Positions 43,439 through 57,248 of a stretch of 64,000 nt of DNA are shown here, piece after piece. Within the stretch, counting starts at the first letter, position 1. Every line of letters starts with the position of its first letter. The notes beneath the pieces were generated by a model. That model had not been told where the DNA came from and searched no databases. It was given only the letters and a program-made list of their open reading frames with translations. Position numbers and translations under genes: made by a program. Source of the DNA: Adineta vaga (Eukaryota; Animalia; Rotifera); contig CP075492.1 of the NCBI GenBank assembly GCA_021613535.1, positions 8,928,001 through 8,992,000 of the forward strand, written 5' to 3'.

Positions 43439-43862
43439 ATGTATCGCCATATTCTGTTCGTCCTAACAATTATGTGCTCTGGACGATCTGTTGACGATAA
43501 AATGGTACAAGACCATCTGAGGTATCAAACATAATAATCCTACTATTAATAACAATGCTGTTAATACTGCGCGTGAACGTGCTCTAGAAGTTCTTCGTAA
43601 TTATCATTATTCTGTTGGTGATGACAATGATGATGATAATTATCGTCGAGCGCGTCGTCTTCTTATTGGTGTTTTCAATGATCTTGTGTCTGATAAATCT
43701 AAACGTATTGCTGATGATATTAAAGATTTTTTACTTAATCTTGATGAACGTAATGAAGAAGAAGAAGTTGAAAAAAAGTAAGCTATGCACATTTCTTTTG
43801 TTATATCTATTGATTTTTGTTGTTTCTTTTTTTCTTTCTGCAGAAAGCGGTTCGTCATTTAG
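43439..43862 (+). CDS. Putative small secreted prepropeptide (needs a 1-nt frameshift at about 43528); possibly a pseudogene
   Basis: Signal-like MYRHILFVLTIMCSG, then after the frame change ...NYRRARR-LLIGVFNDLVSDKSKR-IADDIKDFLLNLDERNEEEEVEKKKR-FVI*. One GT-AG intron at about 43778-43843. Confidence 0.5.
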
Positions 43863-45126
43863 TGACAATGAAAACCAACAATTGATGAACTCATTTTTAG
43901 ATAGATAGATAATTCTTTTCTTTATTTTTACTTAATTTTATTCATGTGTATCCACTCTCTTTTGTTAAACTTCAATACAAATTCAATATTTAAAAGAAAA
44001 GAAGCAATGTATTACTGTTCAGGCTATTCAAGCGTTACTAGAATGTTATATGAAAAGTACATACAGAGAGTCAAATTCTATGCCGTTAAGGAAATAAAGA
44101 ATAAAATAGAATAATCTATGCACATATATCAATATAGCCGTTGTGTCTGAATGATATAAATAATACTGTGTTAGGGAACTTTGATAAATGCAAATGCAAA
44201 TTAAATTGATTGGAAAAAAAAACAACTTCGATTCGATTTACAAAAATGTGGATTACTATCATAGCATAACTTATATTTTCAGTGTTGAATATAGTTGTTA
44301 ATAATAAAAATAAGTATTCTTCCAAAAAGCAATTCTCTATTTTTATCATTCCAACTTAGTAAAATTCAATGTTGCATGTTAGATGTATTGTAGATGTTCG
44401 TGTCTTAAAATCTTGATGTAGAGGCACAATCTTATTTTTTATTGGTTCATAAACTGATATGTAGTAAAAAGAAAACATTCTTGTATATGCAGAAAGAATG
44501 AGTATGTATGAGTGCATATTTTATTTTTCTTTTCTATTAGATGGCTTTGCTTGATTACTAGATTCATAAAATGGTATCTTTCGAGTAGATATGTTATCAA
44601 AATAATAATCATTTTCTGAGATTTATACGTATCACAATTAACCTTCTATATAAACAACTTATTTTTCTAGTAAAAGTCTATACGAATACATTTTCACAGT
44701 AGTATTTATCATTATATTAACAAAGTTTCAGACGAGTTCTCGTCATGTATAAATAATAGTTTGTTTTTATTGTTTACAATCGACGAAAATTCAATCAAAC
44801 TACTTCGAAGATTTCAATAACATATGTTTATTAAACCAGATATTAATAGAATAATGACAGGAATCTGTTTTTGTCCTCTAAAAACAATTATATATGTTCT
44901 ATATATGCATGCATTGCAATCTGTTGTGTATGATAATATGTATGTAGAGAGAACGAAAAACATAGTGTGTATATACACAGAGTACAAAGCATCGATGACG
45001 TCATAGGTAGAATCAACCATCATCATTTTATTATAGCTGTATTTATTTAGATAAAGGTTGTCTATTTTGTTTTATGAATAAATTTTTTCGTCGAATTATT
45101 GCCTTTTAGATAATTCATTTTGTTCC

Positions 45127-48100
45127 ATGACGAACATGTCCGATAAATCAGTTCGTGAATTAACAAATCGTTTACCAAAAACTGTTATTCCTCTGCATTA
45201 TCAATTATATAAAGATGTTAGTCAATTAAATCAATATCTTTTTCAAGGAATTGTAGATATAGATGTTAAAGTAAAATAATCGAGAATTTGTATTCTCTCA
45301 AAAGCATATATTTATCAATTATTTAGATCAATGAAATTGTACATGAAATTATTTTAAATAGTGTTGATTTAAATCTTACTAAAATTCAATATCAACCAAA
45401 TGATGGAAGTACTTCTTTAAACGGATCTTTTGAATTGAACGATGAACATGAACAAGCAATAATACAATTTGCACAACCAATTAATGTACTAGAAACATAA
45501 TCTGTTTAGAATGAATAATTGTCTGTATTTTGATTTAGGCTGGAAACGGTCGTTTACATATTGAATTTAATGGTATAATTGAAGATGAACTTCATGGTTT
45601 CTATCGAACTAAAGATAAAAATCAAATTGGTGCATGTACTCAATTCGAAGTATATTTTAGATTAGTTTGATTTCATTTCGATTTCTTTCTTTTTCTCTTT
45701 AGCCTGCTTATGCACGTCGAGCGTTTCCTTGTTTCGATGAACCATCATTCAAAGCAATGTTTACTATAAGTATTCGAGCACCAAAACATCTGACAACGTT
45801 GTGTAATATGGTATGATAAATGAAAAATTTTCTTTCGTGCTAATAAAATATTTCTCTAGCCAGTTAAATCTCAACGAAATGATGACAATGATACGATTAC
45901 GTATGAATTTGAAACAACACCAATTATGTCTACTTATTTAGTCGCATATGTCATTGGTGCTTATGATTATGTTGAAACACGTGACTCAAATAATGTATTA
46001 ATTCGAGTTTATACACCAGTTGGCAAAAAAGAACGTGGATTATTTGCTTTGCATGTTTGTTGATGTTTATTAGTTTTTATTGAACTTTTGAGCGTATTAA
46101 TTTTCTATAGACGACAGCTAAGATTCTTCCTTTTTATGCAGAATATTTTGGCATTAAATATCCATTGAGTAAAGTTGATATGATTGCTATTGCTGATTTT
46201 GGTTCAGGTGAGTAATAGATGAATTTCTTCTATCTAAATTAGTATTTTCATTTAGGTGCTATGGAAAATTGGGGGTAATGAAACTACTTTACAAATCAGT
46301 AAATAATCTAATCCTTCGTCTTCTTTAGTTTAATAACTTATCATGAAACATATTTATTAGTGGATGCACAAAATACGACTCAAGAAACTAAACAAGAAGT
46401 TGCTCTTATTGTTGCTCATGAATTAGCACATCAATGGTTTGGAAATCTAGTAGTAAGTTATTGTAAATTTCCTTTCGACTTTTTTTCTTAAAATCATCGA
46501 TCTAGACAATGGAATGGTGGAATGATCTATGGTTGAATGAAGATAAGTATTCATACAATATTTGAGTTCTTCTAATGTTTCGTTCTTTGTTTTTACGTTT
46601 TGCAACGTGGATTCAATTTCTTGCTGTTGATCATGTGTATCCTGAATATGATATTTGGACTCAATTTGTATCAGATACATTAGCATTATGTATGATTCCA
46701 GATGCATTGCATTATAGCCATCCGATTGAAACTGACATAAAGAAACCAAGTGAAATTAGTGAAATATTTGATGATATTACTTATGAAAAAGGTATGATGT
46801 TCTTTCGAAAATCATCATCTTGTTCATGATGTTTTTATCTTAGGTTCTAGTGTGATTCGTTTGCTTCATGCATATATCGGTGATGAAGCATTTCGAACTG
46901 GTTTAGCAAATTATCTTGCTGAGTATTCTTACAAGAATGCAATTACAGAAAATCTTTGGTCTCATTTATCGCGAACGTCGAAACAACCTCATCTCTTTGA
47001 TATTCTTTCGACATGGACTAAACAAATGGGTTTTCCACTTCTTACTGTATGCATAAAAAGATCTGCCATTCAATTAATCATATTGTTTCTTTTTCTCTTC
47101 TTATGATAAAGGTAACACAAGAACAACGTGGAAATAATCGAGTATTAACCATTGAACAGACACGTTTCCTAGCTGATGGAACAGCTGATGATAATGCAAG
47201 ATGGAAAATTCCAATAAATATATGTACGAAATCAAATCCAAATGAAAGTGTTCATCAATTGTTTATGACTGGAGATAAAAAACAAGAATTTTTGTTAGAA
47301 AAAGTACCAGAAACCGATTGGATTAAGTTAAATTTATTTAGGTAAGTTTCTTTTCTAAATAGACAGAATGTTTTGTTACCTAACGTAAATTTAAAGAAAA
47401 TGTACTCTTGGATACTATTGAATTTTTTAGTGTTGGTATATATCGTGTTGATTATCCTCATTCAATGCTTGAGTCTATTGTTCTTGGTATTCAAGATCAA
47501 TCATTATCTCCTCAAGATCGTTTTAATGTTCAAACAGATTTATATGCTTTAGCACGTTCTAATCACAAAGATTATGTTGATTATCTGAAATTACTTCGTC
47601 AAGCATATCGACATGAAGATAATTTAACTGTTTGGAAATCTATTATCAAACAAATTACTGATCTAAATTCTATATTTGATTATGCTACAATGAGCAGTAC
47701 AAAAAAACTCTTTCAAGCATATGTCTGTGATCTTTTATCAAATATTTATGCTAAATTATTATGGGATCCACTCCCAAATGAAGGTTCTCAAGCATCGATG
47801 CTTCGTGGTTTAGTCTTAACTCAAATGGGTATTAATGGACATAATAAAACACGTGAAGACGCACGCAAACGTTTTGATAGTCTTTTTACGAATAATCATT
47901 CACCAATCAATCCAAATATTCGTGTAGCAATTTATGTCACTGTAGCAAAAACAGGAAATATGGATACATTCGAAAAACTCAAAACAGTACGAGAATTCTT
48001 TTCAATAACAGGATCTTTGTGAGTAGATTTTATTTTAGTTATATCGTGAAGCTGATACACAAGAAGAACGTATTCGTCTATTAACTGCACTCTGTCGTTT

Positions 48101-48663
48101 TGATGATCCAGATATTCAACGTCGTGCACTTGAATATATTTGGGATGAAGTACGAGAATTAATTTTACTTGTTCGAAACTGAATATTTCGTTCTTTTTTC
48201 CTTGACAGAATGAAGTTCGTAAACAAGATCATGTTGCTGCTTGTGCAGAATTAGCGGAACATAATCGTCATGGTTGTGAAATAGCATGGAAATATATTCA
48301 AGAAAATTGGGATAAAATTGAAGAAATCTATGGAGAAACTGATAATCATTTAATACATCTTATTGAAGTAAATAGAACAGCTTTTTTTTTCAGTAAATTG
48401 AAAGATTATTTTCAAATTCTTCTAGCATGCACCAAGTCATTTTGTTACGAAAGAACGTGCGGATGAAGTTGAAGTAAAACCTTTCTTGTCTTATATAACA
48501 TAAAGTCGAAGTTTGTTTATATTCTATCATCTAGAAATTTTACGCTGATCATCCAAATCCATTGCTACACAGACCAATACATAAAACTCTTGAACAAATC
48601 AAAATTCGTCGACTTGTTCTTGAACGACATGAACGTAGTATTAATGACTATCTTAGTCTTTAG
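45127..48663 (+). CDS. npepps: Puromycin-sensitive aminopeptidase (M1 family)
   Basis: [75 protein letters not shown] and WTKQMGFP. No signal or TM segment. Many short introns, one of them AT-AC. Confidence 0.93.
46543..46596 (+). other. Non-canonical AT-AC spliceosomal intron (54 nt, phase 1)
   Basis: ...TTG AAT GAA G|ataagtattc...ttctaatgtttcgttctttgtttttac|GT TTT GCA ACG TGG. Removal restores the invariant WLNE-G-FATW. Confidence 0.85.
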
Positions 48664-49257
48664 AAAACAAAATAATCAATATTTTTTTCTGTATTGTTAT
48701 TCGTTATATTTACTCTACTCATTTCAAATGATTTTGATATTCTTTTTTTTCCTGCTCTATACAGATATTGAAAATATATCTGAAGGAAAAACGATTGTGA
48801 ACAATAGAATAAAGAAAAAGACATTTCCACGTCTAGGTAATAATAACTGTGATTGATTGTATCGAGCAATTTTAATACTCAAAAAATTTCCTCTCTCGTT
48901 GTACACATGTCAATAGATACATTGATCTACATGTAATTATCTTTTGTCAATACAGTTTTGCAAGGTTTTAACTAGGATAACAAAACATCGTGATTATCTC
49001 AAACAATTTCTAATTTTATGCATCAATTAACTGGAAAAGGTTCATTCAAGGACGGTATTCATTGATGAAAGCTTAGTTATCTTCGATAATTTTCGTCTAC
49101 TAACAAAGATATTCAACCAGTAAGTATATATGAATCTGCCGTTCTACAGCAGCATAACTTTTCATGTATATTTTCTTTCAAAGCATAAAACAATACACAT
49201 AAAATTTAAAAATGACATTCGGTTTGTGTTCTGTTCTGTTTATATACATTAGTTTCT

Positions 49258-52200
49258 TTAATGAACATCTGTATTTAGATTTTCCACATCGGCTGGAAAT
49301 CGGGAAGGTTTCTTACGAAAAACACTGAAAAATTTGCTGAAAACATTTTTTGAATTTCGATTTTGTACCGTTGAATTCTTTCGTACGGTTGCATTAGCTA
49401 ATTTTCCTGCATCAAAATCCGTTACTTCTATTAAGCCATTTGTAACAGTCAATCGACGTCTTTGTTCGAAACGTTTCTGTTCACAAAGACGTATTTGTTT
49501 CAATGTTCCAGCAAGTAAATCATCGACTTTATCATTAATAGCTGCAGACGTTTCAACAAGTTTACAATCATGTCGAAAGGCTGCAAGACGAGCAGCTAAG
49601 AAACAACAAAACAAAAAGAGAATGTTTGATCGGAAAAGGACACTGCTGTTTTCATGACTTACTTTCTTTAGTAACAGCACGTTTACGTACAAGATCAGAT
49701 TTATTTCCAACGAGAATAATTGGTATATGACGTTTAACTGCTATTGTTGAATTATCCGCTAATTCTTTTTCTCGAATATTTTTTATCAGTTGAATAGCTG
49801 TTTGAAACGATTGACGATCTGTTATTGAATATACGACCACATATGCATCACCTGTAACACTGCATTTAATCTAAAGAATAATTAATGAGAGAAAAAAATT
49901 TAAATCTATTAAATCATTTTCTTTTGCATACTAGATCAACATCGATATTGATGACATGTAAACGAGATTCAATTCCATCCAACATAATTGATACCGTATT
50001 GTCTGGATCATCTTCTATTGATAAACAAAAAAACAAACAAAAATCGTGATTTGTACGGAAATCTTTCTTTTTTGCATAACTTGATAAATCCCATGTGAAA
50101 TCAATCACTTGGAATATTAATCAAATAGTAACAAGAGATAAGAAAAAATGTATCTTAATAGTTCTTGTAGAAAATGACTTTTTATTATTATTGATAAAAT
50201 TATCATATATTTCATTTGATAACACACTTAAAATATGGTCAAGGATATTGCAATGCGAAAGTCTGATAGATGTTTTTTATTGGAATTTTTTGTTCAATAA
50301 AAAGTGTTGTATCTCATGAATTCTAAAAATAACTTTTCTAAGTAACAAAAAATATCTATCGGAAACTATTAAAGCAAAAATCTAGTTGATCATTAATGTA
50401 TTCGGAGATTATAATCTTGTTTTTCTCTGTATTCTTTGACTTCTTCTTCGTCGTAGGTTGTATAGAGCTTTGTAACCGTTAATAATTTCGAATGACAAAA
50501 CGATATGTTACCAGATATAACTATAGTCTTTATTAGATTTACGCATGTTGAACAAATAGAGTTTGATAGAAAATGACAGAGTGATTAACTATGTGTTCAT
50601 TTATTAAGAAGACAAAGGTTCAACCAATTATAGTATTGTTTTATGTAATAGGACAGGTCAATGACTTTTTTCTATTAAATTTCATATTTATACTCAATGT
50701 TATAAAGTCAACTGATTAATACCTTAAAAGCATGGTTATCAAAAATTAGTTAAGCATTTGTTTATATCTGTTCTTTTTCTAAAGTACTTCTCGTCTCTTT
50801 TGTTAAATGTAAACAAAGCATTTCAACAACTGTTTCTATCTTTAACAACTCATCATTATAACCTCTTTCCTTTATGTAATATTGTTGTTTATATATATGT
50901 TGTAATACTCATCAAAAAGTTCTTTCCTTCTTTCTTTCTTCTTCTTCTTCTTCCTCCTCCTCCTCCTGCAATCATTCTGATTCATACTAACAATCTATCC
51001 ATTTTGGTTATTGACAATGATTCGCTTTACCATCTGTATGTAAATGTCGATTCTGTCAGCTATCAACTAACAATCATATCAATGAAGTAATAGATCTTAA
51101 CTTACCAACTGAGCCTGAATAATCATATATTCCTCTATATTCTGTTGTTTTAAATTGTCTTAAAAGTGAACATTTGCCTGTTCCACTCATTCCGAGTAGA
51201 TAAACTTGATAGATACGTATATCTTGTACATGACCATCTTCAGTTTCAATACGTTCAACATGTTCATCATCATCATCATCATTGTCATTATCACCATCGA
51301 TTGCTGGTGGTAATGAAATGTTCTCGATCGTTGAATCAACAAAATTATTATCAAGTATTCCATTGAGATTAGGTCCGGCTGGTGTTATATTAGTATTTGA
51401 TAATGAATTTGAACTTGTACGAAATTCAGTATTTATTTGGTTTGAATCACTAACACGTTCTTGAGATGGTGTTCGATCACCTTTACGAAATGAATTACGA
51501 CGACTTGTCGAACCACTTCGTTTAAATGAACGTTTAAATGAATCACTAAAAATGGTTAAAATAAAATAAAGATCATTTAAAAAAAGTGTTCATACCCTCG
51601 ATTAACAAATCCTTTTGATGTTGTATGAAATTGTCGTACACGATAGATTTCTTCATCTCCATCTTGAGGTAATTGTAATTGATCCAGTGGTAAAGAACCT
51701 GTAGGAGACAATAATAATCGATTAGTTTTAGATTCTGTTGTCATAATCAATAGTACTGCTAGTTAATATAAAGTCGACTCGAAAAGAAGAACAGCTGGTG
51801 CTTGAGGATTTTTTTTTCTTTTATAGGAAATTGGAAAGAGTCATTAGGGAAGACGGAAAAAAAATATATATGTATGTAGATGAGAAATCAGATCTCCGAT
51901 TTTTCATCTTCTTCTTTTTTTATCTTACCAACTCTGCCTGATCGAAGTGCTTTGGGACTTGACCATTGATCATGAGGATCGACAGTTGCCATGAGATCTG
52001 TTGCTGAAATTCTTGATGGCACAACACTGACTGATTTGCGTGCAGAATCCAATGCGACTGTGTGAAGAATGTTATTGTTATATGTGCTATATTTGCGTGG
52101 CGAAGAATATTCTTTCCGTTCTTTCTCTTTTTCTCTTTCTTTTCCTTTTTCCTTCTTTTGTTGTCGATATTTTTTTATCGATTGAGGACGTTTATAAGAA

Positions 52201-53773
52201 CACGATCGTGCTAATGGTTCTAACTGTTCGCTTTGGGAATTTGATGATTGAAGAAATACTTGTGCAGCATGAGTTAAGAAAAAATTTTTTCGTTTCGTCT
52301 GAGCAACCACTGGTGACAGAGTTGCACTTGATTGTTGACTTTTGTTTGATGATGTATTTGATTGACGACGATCATCAACTATTCTTACTGAACGTGTGGG
52401 TAATGATGTTAAATGTGGTTGAGATTTTGCATAATGATGGGTTGGTGTATCAGTAGATAATTGAAATGGTAGAGTCACTGGTGTAGTTGAACTGTAACAA
52501 CGTGGATGAGGCGATGGAGGAGATGATGCATTCGAACGTGCAAATAATGCGTCGAATTGTTCGGTATCGGTATTGATTTGTTGTTTCGAATTTATATTGT
52601 TTTCATTTTGAGACGGTTTCCAATGAACTGTTGTTCGTGAAGCTGTACGTGAATTGGTTTTTTCAAGTGGATTTTCATTACGTAATTCATCATTTTTATC
52701 CTTAATCGATTCTTGATGAAGATGTGGTTCGTGCATTCTATATGAGAAAGATATGATAAATAACATGGCGACGTGATGTCTTAATGAATGTCAAATATAT
52801 CATTATTCATTAAACTAGAACTATCTTAGGACTATATTCGAAATCTCTGATGAATATTTTGATATATATGTTTGATATCCTTTTAATATGATCGATTTTG
52901 TCATCCTTGCTTTTTTTTCTTAGTTACTCGGCTTTTTACTTCTTAACATGATTTCATTCATTTTATATTAACAACTTATAAGGAAAAAAAGAAGAAAATT
53001 GACTTGAAAAATCTAGAAAGTAGTACATCCATTAGTCGAGCATTGTCAGACACATCAAATTAAACTAACGTTAAGAGAGTAGCAGAAAAAACAACATGGA
53101 TAAGATTGGTTTTTGCCGATCTTAAAGAGAAAATAAATGAGAGGAAATGATCTAAATATAAAAATTCTTCTTTGCATTTTTTTTTCAAACTCAAACGAAT
53201 AACAACCATTAAGAAAAGAAAAATCACTTTTTTTCCACTCGATCAATCATTAGTGAAGATAACAAGTAGTTCTATTCAATGGAGAAAAAAAGAGAGAAAT
53301 CAGACCGGATATTTACACATAGTTATGTATCTTTCAACTACTCTCGACAATATCAAAGTCAACAAGAAGAATCGCTCGAAACAAATGTTCTTAAGTGCAT
53401 CGATTGATCTAAGAAAAAAAAACACTGGATTTAAAATCTATATTTTGCCCATTCTAATTTGTCTTATTATAGAAATGACAGAAAGCTAAACCTGAGGATA
53501 GATTCAAAGATAACGAACATAATTATTAGCTTGACGCGAAGTCGACTTCCGTCATCCATCAGTAATGTCTGTCGGATTCTTCTATCCTATCAGTCATAAG
53601 ATAAAAGAAATGATTTTTCTTTAACAAGATTCATGAGATAATTTAAATATAAAAATCATTTCCATGAGAAATAAAGATAACAAAATTTTTGTTTACCTGT
53701 TAAATTTCACACGTTTTCGTTGGGTCGACTGTCGACGAAGTAAAGAAGATAATGGCCTCTCCGCCATGATCAT
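49258..53773 (-). CDS. RGK-family (Rad/Rem/Gem) small GTPase with long N-terminal extension
   Basis: YRVRQFHTTSKGFVNRGDSFKR motif, P-loop LLGMSGTGKCSL, GDAYVVVYSITDRQSF, PIILVGNKSDLVR and ETSAAINDKVDDLLAG. Exons splice in frame from ATG 53773. Confidence 0.82.
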
Positions 53774-56700
53774 TATATAGAAACGTTTTTCCGAGTTTCA
53801 ATATATATGAATCAAATATATTGGATAGATTCAATTGATCGGAAAGATTGAACACGCTGTTCACTCATAAGATGCAACATACATTTACATATTTGCGAAA
53901 CATATGAAAAGCAATCTTTCACACTCTAGAATATGTTTTGCCTTGAAAAATTGTGACTTCAGTGTCTACATCCATTAAAGCGAAGAGGAAAGGAAAAGAT
54001 GAGCACGGAAGAGAAAGGATGAAACAGAGGGTGGAAAAGATTGAGTAGTAGTGATAGATATACTAGAGTAGTTCTCTTTTTTTTTGAATGACAGTGTAAA
54101 GACATGTGAACGAAAAGGCAAAAGAAGAGAGAGAGAGAAAAAACAGATAAAACGATCATTGAAGAATATCATATGCTTATTATACATGAAAGCGATTGAG
54201 TAGAGCTAATTCTTAGATTAGTTCGAATAGATAATCCACAGTGTTTTTGTCTTAGACGATTATGCTATTGAGAAAGTGATAATTCTCATTTGTGCGTTCA
54301 ATAAACGTCCTTATATACACTTGTATAAACACATACATATATCTGCAGTCTTTTAGTTGAATAAATCTCTAAATTTACAGAGACAAAGATAGTACGATTG
54401 AGAAAATAGAAGCCTATCTACAGTAGATTCACATTTGTCGAGAAGATTAGTTCTATCCGTCTCCACCTAATTGAATATATACATTCATTTATAGTTAGTT
54501 TTCATCTGATTGTTATTGATAGACATGAAATAATAACATGAGATATTTTATTATGAGTTATTTTCTTCTTTGTTAAAATCAAGTTTACTCATGTAATGCC
54601 ATATGTGGAATAAAAGTTTCAAATATAACATTTGCTTAGTTGATTGTAACTCTCAAAGGATTCTCTAAGTGTGACATGATTCGACGATGTTTTTACGTAC
54701 ATATCAATATTAGATATACGATATTTAATGAAAGTTAAATATGTTTATCTTTTCGCTTTTTTAAGAGAATGTGTTTATCGGCTATAAAAGGTACTATAAA
54801 AAGCTTCTTATCTGTCGGTCGTCATTTCAAGTGATGCAAGCGGATAATATGTAACAAATTAGATTTCTTTAGGTTTTTTAAATGAATGAAATTACGAGAA
54901 TCTTGATTACGACAAAATAGTTAATTGCGATGTCCAACACTATGCATACACTTCCAGCTTTTCCAGATAAAATTCAGTTAAATAAAGTATGCATAGATAC
55001 GAGTTATCAAGCTGTTGGTAGGTTTTTTTTCAAGAGGTTTACACTCATTAAGCGTGCTTTTTTCATCTGATTGAGTAGATAGATAGAGTTTGTTTTACTT
55101 ATATCTATTTCTGGTATTAACGATTAAATATCATGCAATAAACCTACTCACACTGTCTACTTACCTGACTTAAAATATTCATGAAAACTCAATATATACG
55201 CAAAGTAGTTAAATACGTAGATTTTAGTGTGTAAACTGTAGGAATAGAATCTAGAAACAAGTTTACACTAATATCTGTCTATTTATAACATGGTACATAA
55301 TATTTTGTAGAGTAACTTGTTTTGTATAAATTTTAATTCATCTTACGATAACTTCAAACTAGATCTAAGTTATTCTTCCATCATTCTGAGACGATGAAAA
55401 TCGCCTGTCAGTGAACGTTACTTGTAAACATCTGAATATTAACATATATGCGACTTTCATTTGTTATAGATCATTGATCACGCGAAACTAGCAAAGAATG
55501 TACTTTTTCTCTATGTGATACAACTAAAATCGATCATATGAGTGATGCATTAACGATAATGCTTCTTATTCTCATAAAATAGAAATAAATGATTGAAACA
55601 TCGTGATAATGAAGTAATTATTACATTCAATGAGAATAGAAGTCTTCCTTGTGAAAACTAGAGATCAAGGACTGTCAAATCACGTACTTTATTGCTATAT
55701 ACATCGCTTGTTCTAAAATCTAATAATATTTATATTTTGTTCAGGAAATGAAAGTTACTTGCAAAGATTATCTCGGAACTAATTTTTGCAATGCTTCATA
55801 TTCAAAATTAGTCAGACTTTGTCAATCTTTCCTTTTCTCTTTCACAAGAGACACTCATTACTTGTAAAGACTAAAGTAAACTTGTATATAAGAAAAAAAA
55901 CGTCATCATCTAATCATTTTGAGAACTATTCATTTAGTATTTATGAACAATAACAAGGATCAAGCATAGATCCGCAGTTTTCTAGGCAAATACTAACTAG
56001 TCTTTTGTATTATCATATTAAGATATTGGAGCAGTCATGCTTATATCCCAAATATTGTATACCATAAATGAGATCGTCAATCTCGACAAAAAAACTCATC
56101 AACATAAGATATTTTTCTGTTTCTTATGTATTCAGTTATTCATGATATATTTTTGACACTTTAAAACATAGTCAGAACATAAGTTATTACAATAGGTGCT
56201 TCAGAAAATTAAAAAAAACACTTTTATTTGATTATTTTTTTTAGCGAGTGTAGAACGATAAATGTATTTAGTATATGCCTATAATAATTATTAGATTCTC
56301 GCTCTCTTTCGAGATTTTATAGATAATATCTGACAAGAATTTTGTTAACGATGATTCTTCATCGTCTTAATTGATGACTAATAAATCATATTCATGCATG
56401 TTTACTTATCAAGTTTCAAAATAAAAATGAATCATTGCTCTTGTTGTCAAATAGAAGTGAAGAGATAGAATCTATTATGTCAATCACAACAGCTAGTATC
56501 TTTTCTCGAACGTGTTCCCATCTCTTCTTTATCTGCCCTTTTCCCATCTCATCGTGCTCTATCAAGATAGAACTAATAAAAAGAAATTCATTAATAGTAC
56601 GTTACTTTTTTTCTAGATTATATTATCTATTCTGTCGAAAAAAATAGTCAACTAAGCTCAAGATTTGGACTTAAAAGAATAAAGAACATCAGATTGAGTT

Positions 56701-57140
56701 AGCACCGTAGGGAAACTACTTATACTTATGCATGAATGGCAAATAAATAGATTTGTCCTACTATTTTGTTTGCATAACGAGAGTCATACGATAGATGTGA
56801 TATTCTGTAGGTGTTTTCCTCCTACAAAAAAGCCTTGAACATTATTCGGTAGCTGAGAAGAAATACAAAACATTCCATGTCTTAACCCATAGATTTAATA
56901 TTAGCCAGATGCTTTCATATATTAATGAAAGTATCATGTATGAATTTGAGAATAGATTTTCATCTTCAAAGACTCGAACTATATGATTATAAAATACTCA
57001 CGCTTCTGGCATGTTCGTCTTGAATTGAGTAGTCTAATTGAATAATGTTATATTGCTGTTATCTATTTGGATGTTGATGATTGAAAGAAAGCTTGTGTTG
57101 TATGTTTAGCGACACTAAGTTGTAACCTTTCTTTTACTAG

Positions 57141-57248
57141 GGGAAGCAACAAGAAAAAGGAAAATAAGAAGAAGAAGAAAAAAAAGAAGAGGAAAATGGA
57201 GAAGAAGAAGAAGAAGAAGAGGAGGAAGAATAAGTAGAAGAGGAAGAG
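57141..57248. repeat. Purine-rich imperfect (GAA)n low-complexity tract
   Basis: About 105 nt of almost only A/G on the + strand, with GAA/GAG iterations. Confidence 0.8.

Noticed and set aside
43425-43530. Stop-codon readthrough or selenocysteine from the ATG at 43425 (in-frame TAA and TGA)
   Set aside because: It needs two different stops to be recoded, and other genes use TAA and TGA as normal stops. One frameshift from ATG 43439 is simpler and gives a better signal peptide.
43615-43908. ORF-track 97 aa hydrophobic protein
   Set aside because: It is the shadow frame of GAT/GAA-rich codons of the acidic reading frame.
53800-57000. Transposon or hidden gene in the long gene-poor interval
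   Set aside because: No long ORF, terminal repeats or transposase/RT motifs were seen by eye. A repeat-library search would be needed to exclude decayed elements.
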